Below, one piece after another: positions 56,395 through 64,000 of a DNA stretch of 64,000 bases. The position numbers were made by a program, and so were the translations under genes. Numbering within the stretch: the stretch's first letter is position 1; each line of letters opens with the position of its first letter. The DNA comes from an uncultured Eggerthellaceae bacterium (GTDB lineage: Bacteria; Actinomycetota; Coriobacteriia; Coriobacteriales; Eggerthellaceae): positions 22,240-86,239 of the forward strand of contig CAJURX010000009.1 in NCBI GenBank assembly GCA_910589125.1, in the 5' to 3' direction. The notes under the pieces are model-generated. The model saw only the letters and a program-made list of their open reading frames with translations. It searched no databases and had not been told where the DNA came from.

Positions 56395-56772
56395 TCAATG
56401 AGCGTGGCACGCGTTCTCTGCCCCCATCTCGGGCACGTCGCCCGCGATGACCTTGCTCACCACATCTCCCACGTTCGGGGTGGTGTTGTCGAAGAGCACC
56501 GTGATGCCCGCATCCGCGAATCCCATCATCGGGCGCATGCCCATGCCCGCCGCCACGATGGCATCCGCACCGGCCTCCTTGAGCAGAGCCACCGGGGCCA
56601 GGCACCCACCGTGCTCATGCGGCGGATTCGCCAACCCCTCCACGCTCACCACCGCACCGTCCTGGATGTCGATGAGCGTGAAGCAATCGCAGTGTCCGAA
56701 GTGACCGCTGCGCTCCGATCCCAGACCAGCCTCCCCCATCGTGGGGACAGCCAGCTTCATCCCGTTCGCCAT
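56395..56772 (-). CDS. NifB/NifX-family (dinitrogenase Fe-Mo cofactor biosynthesis-like) small protein
   Basis: [13 protein letters not shown]..., [12 protein letters not shown]... and GITVL are typical of the NifX/NifB C-terminal-like domain. AAGGAGAGG SD. Confidence 0.75.
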   Translation of the reverse strand: MANGMKLAVPTMGEAGLGSERSGHFGHCDCFTLIDIQDGAVVSVEGLANPPHEHGGCLAPVALLKEAGADAIVAAGMGMRPMMGFADAGITVLFDNTTPNVGDVVSKVIAGDVPEMGAENACHAH

Positions 56773-56810
56773 ATGCCTCTCCTTGCCTCGTTGCTCGTCT
56801 CTTTTCGCTC

Positions 56811-56816
56811 ATTCTA
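56811..56816 (-). promoter_or_regulatory. candidate -10 box TAGAAT for the NifX-like/ribH pair
   Basis: The minus strand reads ggatTAGAATgagcg, 39 nt upstream of ATG 56772. Confidence 0.4.
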
Positions 56817-56862
56817 ATCCATCGCCACGAGAAGCGACAAAGGAGGAGCGCACAGGCGCTGC

Positions 56863-57597
56863 TCAAGCGACAGGCACGAGGCTCACGATGACGAACCAGA
56901 TCGGCGGCACCACGAGCGCCGGCAGGAAGTTCATGACCGATATCTTCTTGATCTCCAGGATGGAGAGGCCCGATGCCAGGATCAGGAATCCGCCGACGAT
57001 GGATATCTCTCCCATGAGCTCTGGGGTGAGCCAGGGCGATATCCACTGCGCGAACAGCCAGATGGAGCCTTGCCACGCGAACAGCACAGCCGCCGCGAAC
57101 GCGATGCCCACGCCGTAGGTGGATGCCAGCACGAGCGATGTCACCAGATCGAGCGTCGCATTCGTCAGAAGATAGGTCTCATCGCCGAAGAGCGCGCTGT
57201 TGATGGGCCCGAGTATGGAGAGCGTGCCGAAGCAGAAGAGCACGATGGCCGTGGACAGGCCCTCTGAGAGGCGCGTGCTCGGGGCATCGGCCACCTCCGC
57301 GCCCTCCTCACGCGCATCCCCGCCCTTCGAGAAGCGGTCGACCAGGCGGTCGAAGCGCCCCTCTATGTCGATGGCCGTGCCCAAGAGGCCGCCGAGCGCA
57401 AGGCTCGCGATGAAGAGGACCGGATAGAGGCTCTCCGCCATGTTCGACACGACGGCATTGATGCCCAATCCCGTAGCCGCTAGGCCCATGGCCACATAGA
57501 GCGCCTTCTGATACTTCTCCTTGAGGCCGTGCTTCACCAAGCCGCCTGCAAGGCTGCCGATGACGATGGCTGCTGTGTTCGCGATGGTCCCGATCAT
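56863..57597 (-). CDS. DUF554 family membrane protein (YdfK/YqgA-like)
   Basis: MIGTIANTAAIVIGSLAGGLVK... with a multi-TM profile of about 240 aa, typical of DUF554. Confidence 0.75.
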   Translation of the reverse strand: MIGTIANTAAIVIGSLAGGLVKHGLKEKYQKALYVAMGLAATGLGINAVVSNMAESLYPVLFIASLALGGLLGTAIDIEGRFDRLVDRFSKGGDAREEGAEVADAPSTRLSEGLSTAIVLFCFGTLSILGPINSALFGDETYLLTNATLDLVTSLVLASTYGVGIAFAAAVLFAWQGSIWLFAQWISPWLTPELMGEISIVGGFLILASGLSILEIKKISVMNFLPALVVPPIWFVIVSLVPVA

Positions 57598-57841
57598 GAT
57601 GGGTCACAGGATACGCCATCAACGCACCTCGTGCGCACCCTATCGGCAAAGCGGGAGCAGGGCTATCGCTTCGCACCAGTGCTGCGCATCCGCACCTGAC
57701 GGCCACGCCCGCGACAGCGCCTGACCGCACAAGCTGACGCGAGGATGACGAATGGATTCGGATACGGCAAACGTTCGATGACCGGATGAGCCGACACCGC
57801 GCACAGGGATACATTCGTCCCAGCAACGTGAGGAGATGACC

Positions 57842-59143
57842 ATGAAGAAGATCCTGACCGCATCATTCACCGTCCTGTTCGCCCTCTCCGTCTGCATGCC
57901 CCTCGCTGCCCTAGCAGAAGGCGACGCGCAAGCAGATGATCCCAGCACTGCGACGGATGCGACCGCGACCGCATCCGATGAGGCTGACGGCGCTGCCGCA
58001 GACGAGGCCCCGGCACCTGAGATCATCACGCCGGAGGACATCCAGCCGATCGAGCCCGTGCCGCTGCCCGATGAGGATGCGACGCCCCAGCCGCTCGCGA
58101 ACATGAACGCGCCCACCGATCAGGCTCCTGCCGATGATGCGCCCGCCGCAGACGAGCAGGCGGATTGCCATCTCACCATAGACTATTACGAGATCGTCTA
58201 CTACGACGAGGAAGAGCCCAACCGCCTGAGGCTCATGGGGCAGCACGTGGTGGATGGCTTGAAGCCGGGAGACGTGGTGAACGTCTGGGACTACGTCTAC
58301 AACATCCCCGGATACTTCTTCTTCGATGGCACGGCTCCCTCGATCACCATCTCCGCTGACAACTCCAAGAACATGATCGAGCTCATGTACGGAAAGCTCA
58401 TGAACAACGAGTTCACGGTGAACTACTACCTGATGACCGGCGCTGATCTGGGAGCAGATGACTGGGCTGGCGCGCTGGAGACGCACCCCTCGTTCTACAA
58501 GCTGGGCGAGCAGAAGTTCGTGAACCAGATCTTCGACGAGGAGGTCAAGGGCGAGTACTTCGAGTTCGACCTGGACGGCCTCTATGCCGTTGATACCTAT
58601 CCGGAATCCATCCGTGTGGGAACGAACCCGGAAGACAACGTGCTGAACGTGCTCTACGTTCCCGAAGATGCGGTCCCACCGGCTGATGTCGTCGATCCTT
58701 CTGTGCCAGATGCTCCAGGCAACGGCTCAGGCGGCGGATCGGTCCCCACTCCTGGCCTACCTAATGAGGTGGTCGTGCCCACGCCCACCGACCCATTCCA
58801 GCCCACGCCTCCCACCAATGACCTCCCCACCGGCATCGACCAGATGGAGGGCGTCATCCTCTCAGACGGGCAGGTCAACGCCACAGCCCCCGATGAGCCG
58901 CTCGAGTTCACCGAAGAGCTGACGAGCAACACCGTCCCGAAGGAGGTCGCCGAGCGCTATGCGCGAGCCTACGAGCTGGGCCTACCGCTCCTCACACCCC
59001 TCCCCGTCGTGACGAACGCGCTGAACATCCAGATCGGATTCGCGCTCATGCTGTTCCTGATCGCCTTCCTCGCACTCTGCGTCTATGCGTTCGAGCGCGG
59101 GAAGCGCAGCGAGCGCCAAGGTCAGAGCACCGATCAACGCTAG
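57842..59143 (+). CDS. secreted, C-terminally membrane-anchored adhesin-like protein with two MucBP-like repeats
   Basis: Signal peptide MKKILTASFTVLFALSVCMPLAALA and an acidic Pro/Ala linker. Two ~80-aa beta-rich repeats (CHLTIDYYEIVYYDEE...IELMYGKL; EFTVNYYLMTG...LNVLYVPE), then a Pro-rich stalk and a C-terminal TM + basic tail. GAGGAG SD before ATG 57842. Confidence 0.6.
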   Translation: MKKILTASFTVLFALSVCMPLAALAEGDAQADDPSTATDATATASDEADGAAADEAPAPEIITPEDIQPIEPVPLPDEDATPQPLANMNAPTDQAPADDAPAADEQADCHLTIDYYEIVYYDEEEPNRLRLMGQHVVDGLKPGDVVNVWDYVYNIPGYFFFDGTAPSITISADNSKNMIELMYGKLMNNEFTVNYYLMTGADLGADDWAGALETHPSFYKLGEQKFVNQIFDEEVKGEYFEFDLDGLYAVDTYPESIRVGTNPEDNVLNVLYVPEDAVPPADVVDPSVPDAPGNGSGGGSVPTPGLPNEVVVPTPTDPFQPTPPTNDLPTGIDQMEGVILSDGQVNATAPDEPLEFTEELTSNTVPKEVAERYARAYELGLPLLTPLPVVTNALNIQIGFALMLFLIAFLALCVYAFERGKRSERQGQSTDQR

Positions 59144-59264
59144 GCGCGATCGCTACCGACCAGCCGCACGCCCCAACCAGGCCGCATGCGCCTACCAGGA
59201 TCGCATGCAGCCCCTCGTGCGCCACGGGTGTGCAACGAGAGCGCTTCTGTGCAAGAATGCACGC

Positions 59265-59930
59265 ATGGCGCACATCTATGTGATAGAGGACGACAAGGCG
59301 CTCCAGGATGAGCTGGAGCGCCTGCTCGACCTGCAAGGCTTCACCACGGCCCACTGCAACGACTTCGCACGCGCAGCGCACGAAGCGCTCGCCGCTGACG
59401 CTGACTGCGTCGTGATGGACCTCAAGCTCCCCGGCACCGACGGGCACCAGATCTGCCGGGACATCCGCGCCACCTCATCGGTGCCCATCATCATCCTCAC
59501 CTCGTCCGAGAGCGAATTCGACGAGGTCATGGCCTTGGGGCTCGGCGCAGATGACTACGTGACGAAGCCCTACCGCCCCGCCACGCTGATCGCGCGCATC
59601 CAGGGGCTGTTGCGCCGAAGCGCTGCGATGGCGCCTCCCATCCTGCAGCATGCGGGGCTCGCGCTCGACGAGGCCGCAGCCACCGTCTCCTTCCAAGGGC
59701 GCACGCAAGAGCTCACGCGCAACGAGCTCAAGATCTTGCAGCTGCTCATGCGCAATGCTGGTCGTGCGGTCAGCCGCCAGCAGCTCATGGTGCATCTGTG
59801 GGAATCGGACTCGTTCATCGACGACAACACCCTCACCGTCAACATGAACCGCCTGCGCAAGAAGCTCGCAGAGCTGGGCGCGGATGAGGACCTCATCAAG
59901 ACCAAGCGCGGGATCGGCTACATCATATGA
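59265..59930 (+). CDS. OmpR-family response regulator, BceR-like
   Basis: Receiver domain (IYVIEDD, VVMDLKLPGTDG, DDYVTKP) and winged-helix output (LTRNELKILQLL, DDNTLTVNMNRLRKKL). AAGAAT lies 6 nt upstream of ATG 59265 and there is no SD. Confidence 0.88.
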   Translation: MAHIYVIEDDKALQDELERLLDLQGFTTAHCNDFARAAHEALAADADCVVMDLKLPGTDGHQICRDIRATSSVPIIILTSSESEFDEVMALGLGADDYVTKPYRPATLIARIQGLLRRSAAMAPPILQHAGLALDEAAATVSFQGRTQELTRNELKILQLLMRNAGRAVSRQQLMVHLWESDSFIDDNTLTVNMNRLRKKLAELGADEDLIKTKRGIGYII

Positions 59931-60994
59931 TGGCCCACCCTGAGCTTGATGCCACAGCTGATGCGCCCCGCGCATTCACGCTCGGTGCCTACCTGCGCGA
60001 CAATGCGGTCATCATCGCCCTGGGCACCCTCTGCGTCTTGGGCGTGTTCAGCATGTGCTCCCTCTTGGGAGTGGGGCGGGATGGGAGCATCACCGTCGCC
60101 GCCTTCGTGCTCATCTGCCTTGCGCTGATGCTCGCCTTCGACTTCGCGCGGAGCGTTCGATTCTGGCAGGCTCTCGAGGATGCGGCCGCGAGTGCGCGCG
60201 ATGCCCACGAGATGGCAACGCTCCTGCCCCCTGCCGCCTCCCTCGAGGCGCACGCGACCGCAGGCGCGATCGACCGCATCTCCTCATTGGCGAACGCTGA
60301 ACTCACCCAGGCGCAAGCAGACGCGGAGCGGTATCGCGAATACGTAGAGCTCTGGATACATGAGACCAAGACACCCATCGCCGCAGCTCGGCTGATCCTC
60401 GACCGCATGAACGGCCCCGATGCTGACGCGCTCGCACGCGAGCTCGAGCGCATGGACAACCAGGTGGACCAAGCGCTGTACTATGCACGCTCCACCGCAG
60501 TGCAGAAGGACTACGCCATCCGCCGCCTCTCCCTCGCGAAGGCCGCACGCGAAGCATGCAAGCGCCAGGTGCGCTACCTGATCGAGAAGCAAGCGATCCC
60601 CTCAGTGGATATCCCCGAGGACATGGAGGTGCTCGCGGATGAGCCGTGGCTCGTGTTCATGCTGGGGCAGGTGATCGCGAACGCGGCGCAATACGGAGCG
60701 AGCTCGATCCGCTTCACCGCACGCGAAGAGGCCCCGGACGCACCCCATGGGCGCACGGTGCTCGAAGTGCGCGATGACGGCTGCGGGATCAGCGAAGCGG
60801 ACATGCCGCGCATCTTCGACAGGGGCTTCACGGGCAGCAATGGCCGCACGAGCGGAACAGCCACCGGCATGGGCTTGTACCTCATCTCCCTCATGTGCGA
60901 GCGCCTGGGGCTCGGCATCGCGGTCGCCAGCGAAGAGGGAACCGGCACGCGCGTCATCTTCACGTTCCCCCACGACCGCGACCGCCTCATCTGA
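59927..60994 (+). CDS. intramembrane-sensing histidine kinase, BceS-like
   Basis: Two N-terminal TM helices are joined by a loop of under 10 aa. H-box is ELWIHETKTPIAA; the ATP-binding G-boxes are RDDGCGI and GTATGMGLYL. The start overlaps the regulator stop (ATGA). Confidence 0.85.
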   Translation: MMAHPELDATADAPRAFTLGAYLRDNAVIIALGTLCVLGVFSMCSLLGVGRDGSITVAAFVLICLALMLAFDFARSVRFWQALEDAAASARDAHEMATLLPPAASLEAHATAGAIDRISSLANAELTQAQADAERYREYVELWIHETKTPIAAARLILDRMNGPDADALARELERMDNQVDQALYYARSTAVQKDYAIRRLSLAKAAREACKRQVRYLIEKQAIPSVDIPEDMEVLADEPWLVFMLGQVIANAAQYGASSIRFTAREEAPDAPHGRTVLEVRDDGCGISEADMPRIFDRGFTGSNGRTSGTATGMGLYLISLMCERLGLGIAVASEEGTGTRVIFTFPHDRDRLI

Positions 60995-61055
60995 TGCGAC
61001 CAGCCACCCAAGCGATGCGCACCCCCTGGACGCGCCTGTCACTCGGACGCGAACA

Positions 61056-61081
61056 TGACAGGGATGTAAGGTTGATGTAAG
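61056..61081 (+). promoter_or_regulatory. BceR-type regulator box: TGACA-GGGA-TGTAA plus an 11-bp-phased second GATGTAAG
   Basis: aacaTGACAgggaTGTAAggttgaTGTAAg. GATGTAAG occurs at 61063-61070 and 61074-61081. It lies about 95 nt upstream of the sORF/ABC genes. Confidence 0.5.
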
Positions 61082-61173
61082 CGCATTCGATGGCACCGCG
61101 CACACCTCAAGGAGCATCATCTTCCTGCACGATACGACCAAGAGGGGCCGATGCGGCCCGGCAGGAGGAGACC

Positions 61174-61269
61174 ATGGGCATGACAGCGAAGATCGCCATC
61201 TCATTCGCAGTAGTGATAGCCATCGGAGCTTTGGTGGCATACGAAGCTCCCCGTCTCGTGAAAGCGTGA
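61174..61269 (+). CDS. 31-codon single-TM micropeptide sORF in the leader of the Bce-type ABC operon
   Basis: GGAGGAG SD 5 nt before the ATG. It encodes MGMTAKIAISFAVVIAIGALVAYEAPRLVKA. The stop is 5 nt before the ATPase ATG (61275). It is below the size cut-off of the ORF track. Confidence 0.45.
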   Translation: MGMTAKIAISFAVVIAIGALVAYEAPRLVKA

Positions 61270-61274
61270 GGACC

Positions 61275-62099
61275 ATGACCGAGATCTACGCAACCCCCCA
61301 GAATGCCGTGCACGTGGGAACATCCAACGCGCCGGCCACCGCGCTCTCCGTGCGCCAAGCGAAGAAGGCATACGGCACGCGCGACTCCATCACCCATGCG
61401 CTGGATGGCGTGTCATTCGACATCGCCAAGGGAGAGTTCGTGGGCATCATGGGACCATCCGGCTCCGGCAAGACGACGCTCCTGAACTGCGTGTCCACCA
61501 TCGACAAGGTCACGAGCGGCCAGATCGTCGTGGATGGCAAGGATATCACCACGCTCTCCAAGCGCGCGCTGGCGAAGTTCCGCCGCGACGAGCTGGGGTT
61601 CATCTTCCAGGACTTCAATCTGCTGGACACCTTGAACGGCATGGAGAACATCGCGCTCGCGCTGACGATCAAGCATGTTGCGCCTGCTGAGATCGCAACG
61701 CGCGTGCAGAACATCGCCGCAGCCCTTGGCGTGGCAGACGTGCTCAAGCGCTATCCGAACCAGATGTCAGGCGGTCAGAAGCAGCGCGTGGCTGCTGCAC
61801 GCGCCATCGTGGGAGACCCGAAGCTGATCTTGGCAGATGAACCCACGGGTGCTTTGGATTCGCGCTCCGCCGCCGTGCTGTTGGAGACGCTGGAGATGAT
61901 GAACCAGAAGATGGGCGCCACCATCATGATGGTGACCCATGACTCCTATGCAGCCTCGTTCACGAACCGCGTGCTGTTCATCAAGGATGGTCGCCTGTTC
62001 AACGAGATACGCCGCGGGACCATGCCGCGCGAGGAGTTCTTCGCGCGCATCATGGAGGTCGTCTCATTCCTCGGGGGCGAGGTCGGCCATGTTGCTTAA
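61275..62099 (+). CDS. ABC transporter ATP-binding protein, BceA/MacB-type
   Basis: Walker A GPSGSGKTT, signature MSGGQKQRVAAARA, Walker B LILADEPTGALD, and C-terminal VLFIKDGRLFNEI typical of BceA-like ATPases. Confidence 0.9.
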   Translation: MTEIYATPQNAVHVGTSNAPATALSVRQAKKAYGTRDSITHALDGVSFDIAKGEFVGIMGPSGSGKTTLLNCVSTIDKVTSGQIVVDGKDITTLSKRALAKFRRDELGFIFQDFNLLDTLNGMENIALALTIKHVAPAEIATRVQNIAAALGVADVLKRYPNQMSGGQKQRVAAARAIVGDPKLILADEPTGALDSRSAAVLLETLEMMNQKMGATIMMVTHDSYAASFTNRVLFIKDGRLFNEIRRGTMPREEFFARIMEVVSFLGGEVGHVA

Positions 62100-64000
62100 G
62101 CTCGCATGGCGCAACATCCGCCACTCGGTGCGCGACTACGCCATCTACTTCCTCACGCTCTTGTTCGGCGTGGCGGTGTTCTACGCCTTCAACTCCATCG
62201 GGAGCCAGGAGGTCATGTTCGACCTGGAAGCTGCAGCAGATGCTCGGCAATTCGAGACCACGCAGCAATTCATGCAGATGTTCTCAGGGCTGATCGCATG
62301 CGTGCTGGGCTTCCTCATCCTGTACTCCAACGGCTTCCTCATCCGACGCCGCAAGCGCGAGTTCGGCACATACATGCTCTTGGGCATGCCAGCGAGCCGC
62401 GTCTCTGCCATCATGCTGATCGAGACGCTCCTGATCGGCCTCGCCTCGCTCGTGCTCGGGCTTGCTGCAGGCATCCTGCTCTCACATCTGATGTCGTTCC
62501 TCACGGCATCGCTCTTCGGCACGACCATCATGAACTACCAATTCGTCTTCTCAGCCGAAGCGCTCACCCTCACCATCACCTGCTTCGCCGTGATCTTCGT
62601 GATCGTGGCGCTGTTCAACACGCTCATGGTGAATCGACAGAAGCTGATCGACCTCCTGCATGCGAACGCGAAGAACCAGAAGGTGGCCGTGCGCAACCCG
62701 TGGGTCTGCCTCGTGGCGTTCGTGGCATCCATCGCCATCCTGGCATACTCCTACGAGCAGCTCATCGAGAGCGGCATGGTCATGATGGATGACCCGCGCT
62801 TCCATCGTGCGACCATAGGGATGCTCGTGGGCACGTTCATCCTGTTCTGGTCGCTTGCGGGCTTCGTCATCGCGCTCATCACACGCGCCCGCGGCATCTA
62901 CCTGCGCGGCCTCGTCCCCTTCGCCGTGCGCCAGATCGCAAGCCGCGTGAACACGGCATTCGTCTCCCTCTGGGCCATCTGCGTGATGCTCTTCTTCTCC
63001 ATCACCACCTTCTCCGTGGGCATGGGGCTGGTGAGCGTGTTCACCGACGGCATCGAGGAGGCGAACCCCTACAGCGCATCCCTCATCTCATGGATGTACA
63101 TGGATGAGCCTGAGGATGCAGGCGTCGATGACCCCTCCGCCCTGGATGCCGGCGCACGCGCGATGCAGGTCGAGCACCCTGAGGCATACGCGAACGGCAT
63201 GAGCCACGAGTGGGATATGTCCTCCGCCCTGCGCGAGGCCGCACCTGACCTTTGGGAGCAGACCATCAGCGCGAGCACGCAGCTCAGCTTCTATGAGATT
63301 CCCTCCCTCACCTATGGCGGCGTGATAGAGCAGGCCGGGAGCGAAGCGGCGGAGCGCATGAAGGAGTTCTCCTCCTTCCTCACTGCCTCTCCCCTGACGC
63401 TCCTGTCCCTCGAGGACCTGAATGCCACACGGACCATGATCGGCCTGGAGCCCATCCAGCTCGAGAGCGGGCGATGCGCCATCGTGAACAACATGGAGAT
63501 GGCCGATGGCATCGCCAAGGATATGGCGAACCCGAGCATCACCCTGGATATCATGGGCACGCCCCTTGCCTTCTCCGATGAGATCATCGACATGCAGCTG
63601 GAAGATAGCTCCTTGAAGACGACGGCGCTCGTCGTCATCGTTCCAGAGAGCGCCATCGGCGAGGTGCGCGCAGCAGGAGCCATCCCCGAGCGATGCGTGC
63701 TCGATGTGATGTATGCGGACAATGGCAAGACCGAAGCGCAGAACGATCAGACGCTCAAGACCATCTTGGAGGCCGCGCAGCCGATCGATGCAGATGCGCG
63801 CCAGCAAGATGCGCCTGCGGACGCTCCTCAATACGCGTTCCTCATGTGGCCCGTCTCACAGGCCATCACCGCCTACGAGATGGTCGCGCAAGCCAGCGGG
63901 CTCAAGATGCTCATCACCTATCTTGCGCTCTACATCGGCTTCGTGTTCCTGATATCCACAGCTGCCGTGCTGGCAGTGCAGCAGCTCTCGAACACAGCCG
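62089..64000 (+). CDS. FtsX-domain ABC permease, BceB-like (3' end beyond window)
   Basis: I translated frame 1 by eye from ATG 62089 and it stays open to the window end. The N-terminus is MLLKLAWRNIRHSVRDYAIYFLTLLFGVAVFYAF. A first 4-TM FtsX unit is followed by further TMs and a large soluble loop (~63060-63850). The start overlaps the ATPase stop by 11 nt. Confidence 0.85.
   Translation, partial: MLLKLAWRNIRHSVRDYAIYFLTLLFGVAVFYAFNSIGSQEVMFDLEAAADARQFETTQQFMQMFSGLIACVLGFLILYSNGFLIRRRKREFGTYMLLGMPASRVSAIMLIETLLIGLASLVLGLAAGILLSHLMSFLTASLFGTTIMNYQFVFSAEALTLTITCFAVIFVIVALFNTLMVNRQKLIDLLHANAKNQKVAVRNPWVCLVAFVASIAILAYSYEQLIESGMVMMDDPRFHRATIGMLVGTFILFWSLAGFVIALITRARGIYLRGLVPFAVRQIASRVNTAFVSLWAICVMLFFSITTFSVGMGLVSVFTDGIEEANPYSASLISWMYMDEPEDAGVDDPSALDAGARAMQVEHPEAYANGMSHEWDMSSALREAAPDLWEQTISASTQLSFYEIPSLTYGGVIEQAGSEAAERMKEFSSFLTASPLTLLSLEDLNATRTMIGLEPIQLESGRCAIVNNMEMADGIAKDMANPSITLDIMGTPLAFSDEIIDMQLEDSSLKTTALVVIVPESAIGEVRAAGAIPERCVLDVMYADNGKTEAQNDQTLKTILEAAQPIDADARQQDAPADAPQYAFLMWPVSQAITAYEMVAQASGLKMLITYLALYIGFVFLISTAAVLAVQQLSNTA

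Overview
This is a GC-rich, gene-dense chromosomal segment with a strong G/C bias at third codon positions. Gene content and order suggest an anaerobic, host-associated member of the Actinomycetota, probably class Coriobacteriia; this is inference only. I call about 47 protein-coding genes. I found no rRNA, tRNA, CRISPR array or intact mobile element.

Backbone genes, mostly on the minus strand:
- A tightly packed eno-moeA-mog-alr-UDG string.
- A partial division/cell-wall (dcw) cluster: mraZ-rsmH-ftsL-ftsI-murE-murF-mraY-murD-ftsW.
- A metG-tatD-flavoprotein-rsmA block.
- A divergent ppk1/ppk2 pair.
- Singletons: ahcY, ribH, comF, MATE efflux, uracil permease, an M16 peptidase and others.

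Accessory-looking content:
1. A 1886-aa secreted M60-like metallopeptidase carries a dockerin. It is followed by a sortase-anchored protein with a cohesin-like module, a candidate two-gene surface-display system.
2. A 1562-aa fusion of two BcrAD/BadFG activase ATPases to dehydratase-like domains has unknown function.
3. A complete Bce-type antimicrobial-peptide sensing and detoxification module is present (response regulator, intramembrane-sensing kinase, ABC ATPase, FtsX-type permease). It has a recognisable regulator box and a previously unlisted 31-codon transmembrane sORF in the transporter leader.
4. A membrane-anchored adhesin-like protein.

At small scale the intergenic regions show:
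- A recurring TAGAAT -10 box.
- Several apparently leaderless genes.
- Three 10-bp-phased MraZ-type boxes upstream of mraZ.
- Several GC-rich terminator hairpins.

Many long ORFs in the supplied track are antisense or out-of-frame artefacts of the high GC content, and I rejected them. All functional calls rest on motif and family recognition by eye; no database search was run.
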